Below are positions 19,487 to 29,028 of a stretch of 64,000 nt of DNA, piece after piece. The translations under genes and the position numbers were made by a program. The first letter of the stretch is position 1. Each line of letters begins with the position of its first letter. This stretch comes from Bacteroidales bacterium (GTDB lineage: Bacteria > Bacteroidota > Bacteroidia > Bacteroidales > VadinHA17), in NCBI GenBank assembly GCA_040769065.1, contig JAXGLU010000001.1:711218-775217 (forward strand). Direction: 5' to 3'. The notes beneath the pieces were generated by a model. It worked only from the letters and a program-made list of their open reading frames with translations. It did no database searches and had not been told where the DNA came from.

Positions 19487-20824
19487 ATGGCAAAATCAAT
19501 TCCATGGCTTCTTCAAAAGGTAAAATCTCTGAATGATACCATATGGCATACACCACTGGCTGACATCTCAAAGAGCAAACTGTTTCTTATCAAGCAATTA
19601 AGGATTGCTATTCTTGCTGCAAGAGGATTTACCAATGACAAGGTACAGCTCAGGGCATCATCCCTGACCCTGTATACTCTCATTTCCATAATACCGGTAA
19701 TTGCAATTGCATTCGCTATCGCCAAGGGCTTCGGACTGGATCAAAACCTTGAACAGCTGATAATAAAAGAGATGCAAACACATCCGGAATTTTTTAGCTG
19801 GCTTCTTGAAAAAGCACAGACAGCAATAAGTCAGACGAGGGGGGGATATCTCGCCGGCATTGGTGCAATAGTTCTTCTATGGGCTGTCATGTCGCTTCTG
19901 GATCAGATTGAAAGCTCTTTCAACCAAATATGGCAGATACGTTCATCACGGCCCTGGTACCGCAAATTTACTGATTACCTTGCCCTTATGCTCATTGCCC
20001 CTGTCTTTCTGATAGCTGCAAGCAGTGTAACCGTTTTTATAGGAACTGAATTGTCAGATTTCATGAACAGGGTTGCTATTCTTGACTTTTTTAAACCCAT
20101 AGTAAGTTTCTTTGTTAAGGTTATCCCGTATTTTATATTCTGGATAGTTTTGACTATTGTTTACATGACCCTGCCAAATACCAAAGTTAAGTTTTTGCCT
20201 GCCTTAGTTTCAGGGATCATCGCGGGGACAATTCTTCAGCTTCTGCAATGGATTTATATTGACCTTCAGTTTGGGATATCGCGGCTCAGTGCAATCTATG
20301 GCAGCTTTGCAGCTATTCCTCTTTTTATTGTTTTTCTGCAGAGCAGCTGGCTTATAGTTTTGTTAGGAGCAGAAGTTTCATTTGCAAACCAAAACCTTTC
20401 AAGATATGAATACGAATCAGAAGCCCTTAATGTGAGTCATTATCAGAAACGGGCACTCGTTATCATGATAATGAATATGATAACCAGGAATTTCTCTGAT
20501 GGCAGCAAGCCGCTGAGTGCAGAAAACATTGCAAGCAATCTTAAGATCCCAGTAAGGCTTGTGAGGGACATCCTCCAGGATCTTAGCAACGCTGAACTGG
20601 TATCGGTCATTCATGATGAAGATCATACTGAAAGATTATATCAACCGGCTATGGATATTAACAAGATGACAATCAGCTGGATTCTCAATAAGCTTGAGAA
20701 GAAGGGAACAGAACACCAGATCTTTGTAAAAGGCAAGGAATACCACAGGGTCGTGGAGATGCTTGATAAGTTTGATGACCTCATCAATCGTTCTGAAGCC
20801 AACATATTGATTAAAGATCTTTAA
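19487..20824 (+). CDS. YihY/BrkB (virulence factor BrkB / ribonuclease BN-like) family membrane protein
   Basis: A multi-TM core typical of the YihY family (LRASSLTLYTLISIIPVIAIAFAI..., GSFAAIPLFIVFLQSSWLIVLLGAEVSF) plus a soluble C-terminal extension. The start is moved to MAKSIPW. Confidence 0.75.
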   Translation: MAKSIPWLLQKVKSLNDTIWHTPLADISKSKLFLIKQLRIAILAARGFTNDKVQLRASSLTLYTLISIIPVIAIAFAIAKGFGLDQNLEQLIIKEMQTHPEFFSWLLEKAQTAISQTRGGYLAGIGAIVLLWAVMSLLDQIESSFNQIWQIRSSRPWYRKFTDYLALMLIAPVFLIAASSVTVFIGTELSDFMNRVAILDFFKPIVSFFVKVIPYFIFWIVLTIVYMTLPNTKVKFLPALVSGIIAGTILQLLQWIYIDLQFGISRLSAIYGSFAAIPLFIVFLQSSWLIVLLGAEVSFANQNLSRYEYESEALNVSHYQKRALVIMIMNMITRNFSDGSKPLSAENIASNLKIPVRLVRDILQDLSNAELVSVIHDEDHTERLYQPAMDINKMTISWILNKLEKKGTEHQIFVKGKEYHRVVEMLDKFDDLINRSEANILIKDL

Positions 20825-20835
20825 AAAGAAGACCA

Positions 20836-21552
20836 CTAGCTCTTTCCAAAGCGTCTGGCTTTAGTCTTCTTTTTTTCAAATGTAGTAACAAATCTAATAA
20901 AATCTGGAAAGGTCGGCCATTCGTGAAATAAATAATGTGAATGGTTAAGGATTATATGTTTTGTTGAAACAGCATTATTCCAGTAACTGATAAGATTAGC
21001 CGAGGGAAAAATCCTGTCCTTTTCACACGATACGGCATAATCCCATTTAAAGCCAGGTTCCTTTTGTTCCATAATTCGGTTATATAACCACCTGAGTTCA
21101 TCATGAAGAGATTTTACTGACCTGTGAGGAATCCTGTCAATATTCTTTTTGTATGTCTTTTTATCTCCAAACATTCTGAGATAAAATTTGACCATGTTTA
21201 ATTCCGAAATATTTTCGAGTGTGTTTTCATAGGCTTTGAATGAAATACCGTATTTGTCATCAGCAGGTATTGGGGTACCATTAATAGCTATTGTAACATC
21301 AGGAACGATCCCTGTTTTGGGTGAAAGATATTCGGCAGCCCATACTCCAAGCGACCAGCCGATCAGTGTGATTGTTTTGTATGTCTTCATTTCTGGAAGA
21401 ACAAGAGCTTCATCTGCTGAATAATTGTAGAATAAAATGAAATCAAACTGATCGTTGCAAAGGGGGGTAAACATGTTTTCATCATTGCCCCATCCGGCAT
21501 AAAAAACTACAAGATCGTCATTTTCTTCCCTTCGTCTGATATATGTTTTCAT
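20836..21552 (-). CDS. bioG: Pimeloyl-ACP methyl ester esterase BioG (DUF452)
   Basis: Collinear with the Haemophilus BioG pattern as I recall it: LVVFYAGWG, LIGWSLGVW (nucleophile elbow), NGTPIPADDKYGI..F..TLENISE..KF..RMFGDK, DRIFPSANLISYW. Confidence 0.8.
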   Translation of the reverse strand: MKTYIRRREENDDLVVFYAGWGNDENMFTPLCNDQFDFILFYNYSADEALVLPEMKTYKTITLIGWSLGVWAAEYLSPKTGIVPDVTIAINGTPIPADDKYGISFKAYENTLENISELNMVKFYLRMFGDKKTYKKNIDRIPHRSVKSLHDELRWLYNRIMEQKEPGFKWDYAVSCEKDRIFPSANLISYWNNAVSTKHIILNHSHYLFHEWPTFPDFIRFVTTFEKKKTKARRFGKS

Positions 21553-21637
21553 AACTGTTGCGAGGTATCTGACAATAATATTGCAAATCGCCTGAACAAT
21601 TTAAAAATAATAATTTATATGTTTCATGCACCTGGTT

Positions 21638-21667
21638 AAAACGAAAAAGCAGTCATATAATGACTGC
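21638..21667 (-). terminator. Intrinsic-terminator-like hairpin (GCAGTCAT-tat-ATGACTGC) followed by TTTTTCGTTTT on the minus strand
   Basis: An 8-bp perfect stem at 21649-21667. On the minus strand it is followed directly by a U-rich tract (21648 down to 21638). It lies 86 nt upstream of the bioG ATG. Confidence 0.45.
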
Positions 21668-21883
21668 AGATAAAAAATAAGAGGAGACGGGTTGATTTGA
21701 GAATCAGGGAGCGGGCTTTATTAGTGAGATAATTCCCGTATCTACTGTCTGATAAAAGGAAGGAACCATGGAAGCTGGCGCTGATCCTCAGGTTCCAGAT
21801 GTGAAAGTCAATGTCTGCAATACAATCCTGATGATCTTCTTTGTCAACCCTTTATCATCTCCTCTTATACCAATAGCATGAGC
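21668..21883 (-). ncRNA. Candidate structured RNA: either a 6S-like closed helix or a cis-regulatory leader of bioG
   Basis: The ends pair as a long interrupted helix: 11 bp (21858-21868 with 21677-21687), 7 bp (21844-21850 with 21689-21695) and 6 bp (21827-21832 with 21703-21708). An internal GGAACC/GGTTCC hairpin sits at 21762-21767 and 21791-21796. The element is flanked by a -7 box and a terminator on the minus strand. I could not assign it to a family by eye. Confidence 0.35.
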
Positions 21884-21889
21884 TAAGAA

Positions 21890-21897
21890 CAAATTTA
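21890..21897 (-). promoter_or_regulatory. Candidate -7 box TAAATTTG (minus strand) driving the structured RNA / bioG
   Basis: The minus strand reads TAAATTTG, matching TAnnTTTG, about 20 nt upstream of the first paired base of the structured element. Confidence 0.35.
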
Positions 21898-22070
21898 TAA
21901 ATAATTTACAAGTAATCAAATTTTTAATCATAATATAATTTTGATTTTAAAGGCATGATGGAACCCGCATTACTGAAAATTGTATAAATGCATGTCTGTG
22001 TATTTGATATATGTGGCTTTCAATAAAATATATTAAATATTACAATTTATGAAATTGCCTGTATTTTGTT

Positions 22071-22078
22071 TAAATTTG
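22071..22078 (+). promoter_or_regulatory. Candidate -7 box TAAATTTG upstream of the AraC-family gene
   Basis: Matches TAnnTTTG and lies 33 nt upstream of the ATG at 22112. Confidence 0.4.
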
Positions 22079-22111
22079 ATTATAATCATCATACTAACCA
22101 TCTATACTTTC

Positions 22112-22960
22112 ATGATAGCTGAACTTGAGAAAATCTCATACGATGACAATGGAGGATTCAGAGCTGTTTACGTTATGGAATCAAATGAATTCTGGCATTT
22201 TCATCCTGAATACCAGTTGGTTCTTAATATTAAGAGTAATGGAACCAGGATAGTGGGTGACAGCGTGGAGCTATTTGACAAAAATGATCTTGTGCTTATA
22301 GCCGGAAATATACCCCATTGCTGGAATTATTATAAGAAAAATGTAATTAAGCCGGAAGACCGCGGAATAATTCTTCATTTCAGGATCGAATCTCTTGGTG
22401 AATCATTATTGTCTCAGCATGAATTGCACAACGTCAGAGACCTTTTAATCGACTCCGAACGAGGCATCGCATTTTCAACCGATGATGCCCTGAAGGCTGA
22501 ACCTTACCTTAGAAATATGGTTGAAAGCAGTGGAATCGATAAAATGATTGCCTTCTTCAATGTTCTGAAGATACTTTGTTCCTCACAAAACAGATCATTT
22601 ATCTGCTCTGAGAACTATAAGCAGACCTATGATGAGCGGGGTAATAAAAAGATGGTAAAAGTTTATAATCACGTCAGGGAAAATTATTTCAAAGACCTTT
22701 CGCTCAAATCTGTATCAGCTATTGTTCATATGAGTCCCGCCGCCTTCAGCAAATTCTTCAAAAAAAACAGCGGAGCAGGATTCATTGAGTACGTAAACAG
22801 GGTAAGGACCAACAAAGCCTGTTACCTGCTCAGGGAAACAGAATACCAGATAAATGATATAGCCAGTGAATGCGGTTTTTCGAGCATCTCAAATTTTAAC
22901 AAGCAATTCAGGAAGGCTGAAGGTCAGGCTCCAAGTGACTACAGGGCTCAATTCAGGTGA
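22112..22960 (+). CDS. AraC-family transcriptional regulator (cupin sensor plus HTH_18)
   Basis: The C-terminal double HTH (LSLKSVSAIVHMSPAAFSKFFKK..., INDIASECGFSSISNFNKQFRKAEGQAPSDYR) is typical of AraC/XylS. The N-terminal domain is cupin-like. The track start at 22049 adds 21 hydrophobic AT-rich codons and contains the -7 box, so 22112 is preferred. Confidence 0.8.
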   Translation: MIAELEKISYDDNGGFRAVYVMESNEFWHFHPEYQLVLNIKSNGTRIVGDSVELFDKNDLVLIAGNIPHCWNYYKKNVIKPEDRGIILHFRIESLGESLLSQHELHNVRDLLIDSERGIAFSTDDALKAEPYLRNMVESSGIDKMIAFFNVLKILCSSQNRSFICSENYKQTYDERGNKKMVKVYNHVRENYFKDLSLKSVSAIVHMSPAAFSKFFKKNSGAGFIEYVNRVRTNKACYLLRETEYQINDIASECGFSSISNFNKQFRKAEGQAPSDYRAQFR

Positions 22961-23112
22961 TTGTTTGCATTATTTTGAGCTGCTACCTGAAGAACTCAGG
23001 CTAATAATTCGATATAAACGACTGACAAACTGCTTAATTCTGTTTGAATATCCTGAATGAAGCTGCCGCCAGTAAAAAGGAAAAGAACCGTTGGAGTGAT
23101 TTAAAAAAAATG

Positions 23113-23120
23113 TATTTTTG
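23113..23120 (+). promoter_or_regulatory. Candidate -7 box TATTTTTG for tRNA-Arg
   Basis: Matches TAnnTTTG. Its end is 12 nt upstream of the tRNA 5' end. Confidence 0.5.
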
Positions 23121-23132
23121 CAGCCGTAATAC

Positions 23133-23209
23133 GGTTCCGTAGCTCAGTTGGATAGAGCAACAGCCTTCTAAGCTGTGGGTCGAGCGTTCGAGTCGCTCCG
23201 GAATCACCA
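23133..23209 (+). tRNA. tRNA-Arg (anticodon UCU), CCA encoded
   Basis: Manual cloverleaf fold. Acceptor stem GGTTCCG/CGGAATC (one G-U pair), D-arm GCTC-AGTTGGATA-GAGC, anticodon stem ACAGC/GCTGT with loop CT-TCT-AA, variable loop GGGTC, T-arm GAGCG-TTCGAGT-CGCTC, discriminator A and CCA. Confidence 0.9.
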
Positions 23210-23237
23210 GGTAGAAAAATAAAAGGCATTCCCTTGC

Positions 23238-23894
23238 CTAAAGCCTTTTGAATGGAACAAATCTAACGAAGATCAGGCGTCTTTTTTCAATTTTCCCCCT
23301 CTTTTTCTCGATTAGTACCAGTTCCTGAATGGCCGAAGGTTGTCCTACCGGCATGACAAGCCGTCCGTTCTCAGCCAACTGGTCTATCAGAGGCTGGGGA
23401 ATCTGCTCGGCTGCTGCAGTTACAACAATAATATCAAAAGGACCGTATTCCGGCCATCCTTTGTATCCATCGCCGAATTTAGCTTTGACATTCTTGTACC
23501 CCAGTTTTTCGAGACGTTCTGCAGCCTCGCTGGCTAACTCGGGTACTATTTCTATAGTATAAACGCTTTTTACAATTTCAGCGAGTATTGCAGCCTGGTA
23601 GCCTGAGCCGGTACCAATTTCAAGGGCGTTTTTCCTTGGTGTGGGCTGAACAGCCTCTGTCATATATGCCACAATATACGGCTGGGATATTGTCTGGCCA
23701 TAACCAATCGGAAGGGGATTGTCATCATAGGCCTTATTTATATATTCTTCGGGGACAAAAAGGTGGCGGGGAACTTTTCGCATTGCGGCAAGCACAGACT
23801 GATTTGTTACACCCCTGTCGACAATCTGAACAGTTACCATATTATTTCTGGCTGCAGCATATTTATCGCGCTGTGAAGAATTAATTTTCCGCAT
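23238..23894 (-). CDS. pcm: Protein-L-isoaspartate O-methyltransferase
   Basis: PIGYGQTISQPYIVAYM and the SAM-binding motif LEIGTGSGYQAAILA, with typical length (218 aa). Confidence 0.9.
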   Translation of the reverse strand: MRKINSSQRDKYAAARNNMVTVQIVDRGVTNQSVLAAMRKVPRHLFVPEEYINKAYDDNPLPIGYGQTISQPYIVAYMTEAVQPTPRKNALEIGTGSGYQAAILAEIVKSVYTIEIVPELASEAAERLEKLGYKNVKAKFGDGYKGWPEYGPFDIIVVTAAAEQIPQPLIDQLAENGRLVMPVGQPSAIQELVLIEKKRGKIEKRRLIFVRFVPFKRL

Positions 23895-24018
23895 ATCTGT
23901 AATAATGGAAGTGTACTTTCAAGAGAACTTATATTTATATCCTTACAATATAGTTATTTATCCATTTAGTTCAAATTATTTTCCCGGCCATTATTGTACA
24001 TATATTACACAAACTGGA

Positions 24019-24663
24019 TTATGATAAACCAGCCAATCTTAAACAACTATCTCCCAGAAATTGAACAACAGGCCATATCGGAAGAAGATTGATTTTTGTA
24101 AAAACAGTCACCAATATAAGAACTAAAAATATCCAGGACCCGTATTTGTATAGTCCATCATAGAAAGCAGGAAATTTTCTGAAATAGTTTAAAAGCAGAT
24201 GTGATCCGTCCAGGGGTGGGAGAGGTATCAGATTAAAAACAAAAAGGCCCCAGTTAATATAAATCGCATAGATGAAAATATCACTGACAACCCTGTTCAC
24301 CGTTCCCATGTATCCCGGAAGGAATTCAATATAGAGCCGGTATATGAAAGTCAGGAATATTGCGAAAACTGCATTTGACAACGGGCCTGCCACAGCGATT
24401 TTCATCACATCCTTTTTGGGATTCCTGAGGTTTTGTTCATTGAACTGCACCGGTTTAGCCCAACCAAATCCGGCAACAAGCAGCATTACAAAACCAAGCA
24501 TGTCAATGTGTTTCAGTGGATTCAATGAAATCCGGCCCTGATCTTTTGAGGTCGAATCACCACATCTGTGAGCTACGAACGCATGACTGAACTCATGCAC
24601 TGTCAGGCCCAGTATTATTCCCGGAAGAAATTTCAGAATCCTGGCCAGAGCTAAATGTTCCAT
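24019..24663 (-). CDS. Site-2 protease family (M50) membrane metalloprotease
   Basis: HExxH in a TM helix (LTVHEFSHAFVAH) and the second S2P motif NLIPLPPLDGSH. Polytopic membrane profile. Confidence 0.8.
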   Translation of the reverse strand: MEHLALARILKFLPGIILGLTVHEFSHAFVAHRCGDSTSKDQGRISLNPLKHIDMLGFVMLLVAGFGWAKPVQFNEQNLRNPKKDVMKIAVAGPLSNAVFAIFLTFIYRLYIEFLPGYMGTVNRVVSDIFIYAIYINWGLFVFNLIPLPPLDGSHLLLNYFRKFPAFYDGLYKYGSWIFLVLILVTVFTKINLLPIWPVVQFLGDSCLRLAGLS

Positions 24664-24818
24664 ATGTTTGTTCCGGGTTGAGAAATTAACAAAATGCTCA
24701 TCAGATCAATAATTGCTTCTGCTATATGAAATGCGCATCAAATCTATCAAAATTTTTTATTTGGATTCCTTGATCCTTTTTGTAAAAAAACAGTAGGTTT
24801 ACAAAAACAGATTAAAAA

Positions 24819-25997
24819 ATGACACGATCGGTTTTTCTGGCAATATTAATCCTTCTTTTCTCTCATTCCGCTCTCAGAGGACAGAATGTGGAAGTATTCC
24901 TTGTAACATGCGGACCAGGCACGGCTACTTATTCAATTTACGGTCACAGCGCCCTCAGAATTATAAATCATGAAAAAGAGAGTGATCTGGTCTACAACTG
25001 GGGAGTATTCGATTTTGGCACGCCTAATTTTGTATGGAAATTTGCAAGAGGCCGTCTCGATTATATGCTGGGTGTTTATCCGTATGATAAATTCCTACGC
25101 GACTATTTTCTTGAGGAAAGATGGGTCATCCTTCAAAAGATAAATCTCGAGCATGATGAATTAAACAAATTGCTGATGCTCATCGCAGAGAATATGAAAC
25201 CTGAGAATATCAGCTATCGTTACGATTTCTTTTACGACAATTGCTCCACAAGAATAAGGGATCTCCTGGAAAAGGCTCTGGGTGAGGATCTTTTTTATCC
25301 TCCTGAAGAATCCGCAAAAAAAATGCTTTCTTTTAGAGAGCTGATAAGGGGATACCAGAGGCCTTACCAGTGGCTTAATTTTGGAATTGATCTTCTCATG
25401 GGTTCTCCTGCAGACAGGAAAGCAGATGTAAGAAACAAGATGTTCCTTCCCCTGGAAATGCAAAACACTCTGTCTTCCTCGTTAATCAGGCAGGATTCTA
25501 AAATGACCCCTCTTCTCCAAAACAGCATCATTGAACTGGATTTTGAATCACCTGCATTAAAGGCCAGGGTGCTAACCTCTCCGCCTATCGTGTTTTCTAT
25601 ATTCATGATACTGATTATACTCCTGTCAGGATTAGTAAAAGACAAAAAAATCAACCTCGGTATTGATGTTTTTGTATTTTCTGTTTTTTCTCTCCTTGCT
25701 GTTTTTATGATATTCTTCAACTTTTTTACTGAACATCATGAACTTAAGTTGAATCCAAACATTATATGGCTAAATCCTCTGATAATTATATGCCTTGTCT
25801 GTCTTATATGTGATAAACCAGGTCGTATATGGTACAGGACAGTATTTTATATTGCCCTTGCCTACCTTGTCTTCCCACTATTCTTTCCTCATATGTCAAA
25901 TAGTGCTTTTGTACCTCTTATTTTAATCCTGCTGGTCAGAAGTTCAATAAGGTCGGAATTCTCATGGAATCCTTTCTCAAAGCCTTATTTAACATAA
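24819..25997 (+). CDS. DUF4105 / Lnb-like N-terminal periplasmic domain membrane protein
   Basis: Signal peptide followed by VFLVTCGPGTATYSIYGHSALRI...WGVFDFGTPNF, which is characteristic of DUF4105. A C-terminal multi-TM region follows. Confidence 0.7.
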   Translation: MTRSVFLAILILLFSHSALRGQNVEVFLVTCGPGTATYSIYGHSALRIINHEKESDLVYNWGVFDFGTPNFVWKFARGRLDYMLGVYPYDKFLRDYFLEERWVILQKINLEHDELNKLLMLIAENMKPENISYRYDFFYDNCSTRIRDLLEKALGEDLFYPPEESAKKMLSFRELIRGYQRPYQWLNFGIDLLMGSPADRKADVRNKMFLPLEMQNTLSSSLIRQDSKMTPLLQNSIIELDFESPALKARVLTSPPIVFSIFMILIILLSGLVKDKKINLGIDVFVFSVFSLLAVFMIFFNFFTEHHELKLNPNIIWLNPLIIICLVCLICDKPGRIWYRTVFYIALAYLVFPLFFPHMSNSAFVPLILILLVRSSIRSEFSWNPFSKPYLT

Positions 25998-26095
25998 CTT
26001 TAACACTTATTAACTCCATTTTTTAAATTCTCATTTTTTCTTTGTGGGTGGTGCCGCAGATTCCCCCGGCAGATTACTCACAAATCTGTTTTCAT

Positions 26096-26103
26096 TATAT
26101 TTG
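26096..26103 (+). promoter_or_regulatory. Candidate -7 box TATATTTG for the moxR-bat operon
   Basis: Matches TAnnTTTG and lies 17 nt upstream of the ATG at 26121. Confidence 0.45.
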
Positions 26104-26120
26104 CATCAAAAATTTTATAT

Positions 26121-27116
26121 ATGGAACAAACTGCAGATATCAGGACCCTGAACGAGAAAATTGAAAAAGAGAGTTCTTTCGTTGATATCATAAAAATGGA
26201 GATTAGCAAGGTGATCATTGGCCAGAAACATCTTACTGATTCACTTTTGATTGGCCTTCTGGCTAACGGACACATACTTTTAGAGGGCGTTCCCGGACTT
26301 GCAAAAACCCTGGCTATTAAGTCTCTTGCTGCGATCATTGACGCTAAATTCAGCAGGATACAGTTTACTCCTGACCTGTTGCCGGCCGACCTTACTGGTA
26401 CAATGATTTATAGCCAGAAAAAGGAGGAGTTTATTGTGAAGAAAGGTCCTGTTTTTGCCAACTTCATCCTTGCTGATGAAATAAACAGATCGCCTGCCAA
26501 AGTGCAAAGTGCACTGCTTGAAGCAATGCAGGAAAGACAGGTTACCATCGGCGATTCCACTTACAGGCTTGATGAGCCTTTTCTGGTTATGGCAACACAA
26601 AATCCTATTGAGCAGGAAGGAACATATCCTCTCCCTGAAGCTCAGGTCGACAGGTTCATGATGAAAGTGCTGATAGACTATCCTTCAATAGATGAAGAAA
26701 AGTTAATCATGCGTGAAAACCTGGCAAAGGAATTCCCTTCCGTAAATACTGTTATTAAACCTTCTGACATTATAAGGGCACGCGACATTGTCAGAGAAGT
26801 CTATATGGATGAGAAAATTGAAAACTATATACTGAATATCGTATTTGCCAGCCGGAATCCTGAAAAATACGGATTGCCGGCATTTTCGAATATGATATCA
26901 TATGGGGCATCCCCAAGGGCGTCAATATATCTTGCATTAGCATCAAAAGCCTATGCCTTCATAAAAAGAAGAGGGTATGTCATACCTGAGGATGTAAGGA
27001 CCATTTGTGCCGATATACTCCGTCACAGAATTGGCCTGACCTATGAAGCTGAAGCAGAGAATATAAATCAGGACAATATAATAAGTGAAATCCTTAATAC
27101 TGTAGAGGTTCCTTGA
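26121..27116 (+). CDS. moxR: MoxR-family AAA+ ATPase
   Basis: Walker A LEGVPGLAKT, Walker B ILADEINRSP, sensor region VMATQNPIEQEGTYPLPEAQVDRF. 331 aa. Confidence 0.9.
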   Translation: MEQTADIRTLNEKIEKESSFVDIIKMEISKVIIGQKHLTDSLLIGLLANGHILLEGVPGLAKTLAIKSLAAIIDAKFSRIQFTPDLLPADLTGTMIYSQKKEEFIVKKGPVFANFILADEINRSPAKVQSALLEAMQERQVTIGDSTYRLDEPFLVMATQNPIEQEGTYPLPEAQVDRFMMKVLIDYPSIDEEKLIMRENLAKEFPSVNTVIKPSDIIRARDIVREVYMDEKIENYILNIVFASRNPEKYGLPAFSNMISYGASPRASIYLALASKAYAFIKRRGYVIPEDVRTICADILRHRIGLTYEAEAENINQDNIISEILNTVEVP

Positions 27117-27181
27117 TTTCTTGAATATCCGGAAACGGAAAACCATAATCCCCAAATGATTTACCATTAATTATTAAAAGC

Positions 27182-28045
27182 GTGGAAGCAATCGATCTTA
27201 TAAAAAAAGTAAGAAGGATAGAAATTAAGACCCGTGGTCTTTCGCGCCATATTTTTGCTGGTGAGTATCACAGTGCATTTAAGGGGCGTGGCATAGCATT
27301 CAGTGAGGTCAGGGAATATCAGTATGGTGATGATATAAGAAATATTGACTGGAATGTAACAGCCCGATTCAATCATCCGTACGTTAAAATTTTTGAAGAA
27401 GAAAGAGAATTGACAGTGATGTTGCTGATCGATGTCAGTAGTTCGGGAGATTTTGGCACATCCGTGAATTTTAAAAAGGATGTATTGACAGAGGTGGCTG
27501 CTGTTCTCTCTTTTTCAGCTATTTACAATAATGATAAAATAGGTGTTGTCTTTTTTTCAGATATTGTGGAAAAATTTATACCACCTCAGAAGGGAAGAAA
27601 GCACATTCTGCGCATTATTAGGGAATTGTTGGATTTTAAGCCTAAAAGTACGAAGACAAACCTGGATGAACCACTCCGGTTCCTGACTAATGGGATTAAG
27701 AAAAGATGTACTGCATTCATACTTTCTGATTTTTTAAGTCCTGATTTTGAAGAAGCTCTTAAGATAGCTTCGAACAAACATGACGTTGTGGCTTTAAAAG
27801 TCTCCGACCCCCTTGAAAAGGAAATTCCTGATTTGGGTTTTGTGAAAATTCTGGATGCTGAGACCGGTAATGAAAAATGGATTGATACCTCCTCCCGTTC
27901 GATCAGGAATGAGTATAAAAGATTATGGGCGGATCATATCGGAACAATCAATAATGTCTTTAGAAAATGTGGCGTTGATTATGCTGAAATTCATACAGAC
28001 CAGGATTATGTGAAACCGCTCATTAAACTTTTTAAGAACAGGTAA
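27182..28045 (+). CDS. DUF58 domain-containing protein (MoxR partner)
   Basis: Signature REYQYGDDIRNIDWNVTAR and a VWA-like fold. GTG start per the ORF track. Conserved position after moxR. Confidence 0.85.
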   Translation: MEAIDLIKKVRRIEIKTRGLSRHIFAGEYHSAFKGRGIAFSEVREYQYGDDIRNIDWNVTARFNHPYVKIFEEERELTVMLLIDVSSSGDFGTSVNFKKDVLTEVAAVLSFSAIYNNDKIGVVFFSDIVEKFIPPQKGRKHILRIIRELLDFKPKSTKTNLDEPLRFLTNGIKKRCTAFILSDFLSPDFEEALKIASNKHDVVALKVSDPLEKEIPDLGFVKILDAETGNEKWIDTSSRSIRNEYKRLWADHIGTINNVFRKCGVDYAEIHTDQDYVKPLIKLFKNR

Positions 28046-28047
28046 TT

Positions 28048-29028
28048 ATGAGTAAGGTTTTCCTGCATACGCTGGTTTTCATTATGTCGCCATTCCTCCT
28101 GCTTAAGGGACAGGAAATATCCGTGTCAGCATCTTTTGATACTTCTGCCATTTATCTGGGCGATCAGATAAATTTCAGTGTTGTCATTGATCAACCTGCA
28201 GATGTATCAGTAACCTTGCCCTTCTTAAAGGACACTCTTGCAAAAAACATCGAAATTCTTTCAGGACCTGAGATTGATACTGCCTTTATTGAAAACGGCA
28301 AAATCAGGATAACTGAAAAGTATCTGATAACCTCATTTGATTCAGGACATTATGTGGTAACTCCCGTTTATGCGGAAATTACTGATCATGCCGGGATTAA
28401 AAGATTTTTCTCAGGTTATTCCGAAATTAATGTGTTAAGAGTTGATATAACTCCAACCGATACATCTCAGGCTATATTTGACATAGTTAGACCATACAGG
28501 GCTCCTGTCACTTTTGGCGAACTTGTTCCCTGGCTGCTGCTTTCTGTTATTATAGCAGTTCTAATCTGGTTGTTGATCCGTATATACAGGAGGTTCGGCA
28601 AAAAGTCAAAGGAAGTAATTATACCGGAAAATATTGAACCGGCTCATGTGATCGCATTCCGTGAGCTTGAAAGGTTAAAGGAGGAAAAACTGTGGCAGTC
28701 TGGTGAAACCAAGAAATACTATACACGCCTTACTGAAATATTAAGGAAATATCTTGAAAACCGGTTCGGTGTTTTTTCTATGGAACTTACAACTTCAGAA
28801 ACTCTTGATGCACTACTGAAAACCAATTTTTCCAATAATGATGCATTCCATAAACTAAAACACGTTTTGACAAGCGCTGATTTTGTCAAATTCGCAAAAT
28901 TTAAGCCAGAGCCTTCTGATAATGAGTCTAATTTCGAGTTTGCATGGGGATTTGTACTTGAGACAAAGAAAGAAGAGACAGATTCTCCTGGTGATAAAGG
29001 TCTAAAAAGTAAAGAGGAAAGTTTATGA
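28048..29028 (+). CDS. Bat-operon membrane protein (signal peptide, beta-rich periplasmic domain, one TM; DUF4381-like)
   Basis: Signal peptide, a central TM helix (LVPWLLLSVIIAVLIWLLI) and the position between DUF58 and batA, as in Bacteroides bat loci. Function unknown. Confidence 0.6.
   Translation: MSKVFLHTLVFIMSPFLLLKGQEISVSASFDTSAIYLGDQINFSVVIDQPADVSVTLPFLKDTLAKNIEILSGPEIDTAFIENGKIRITEKYLITSFDSGHYVVTPVYAEITDHAGIKRFFSGYSEINVLRVDITPTDTSQAIFDIVRPYRAPVTFGELVPWLLLSVIIAVLIWLLIRIYRRFGKKSKEVIIPENIEPAHVIAFRELERLKEEKLWQSGETKKYYTRLTEILRKYLENRFGVFSMELTTSETLDALLKTNFSNNDAFHKLKHVLTSADFVKFAKFKPEPSDNESNFEFAWGFVLETKKEETDSPGDKGLKSKEESL

Noticed and set aside
21771-21800. The minus-strand string GGAACCTGAGGATCAGCGCCAGC superficially resembles the ACCUGAUCUGG...CCAGCG part of the TPP riboswitch.
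   Set aside because: The other conserved TPP elements (the CUGAGA bulge and the GGGGUGC-type P2) are absent, and the context (bioG) is not thiamine-related.
21768-21881. 37-codon plus-strand ORF (MEAGADPQVPDVKVNVCNTILMIFFVNPLSSPLIPIA) preceded by a purine-rich AAGGAAGGAA, inside the structured-RNA candidate.
   Set aside because: No recognisable peptide family. Shine-Dalgarno-like sequences are not generally used in Bacteroidota. The promoter and terminator signals are on the other strand.
22049-22111. 21-codon hydrophobic N-terminal extension of the AraC regulator in the ORF track.
   Set aside because: It is translated from AT-rich promoter DNA that contains a TAAATTTG -7 box. AraC-family proteins do not carry such a leader, so the ATG at 22112 is preferred.
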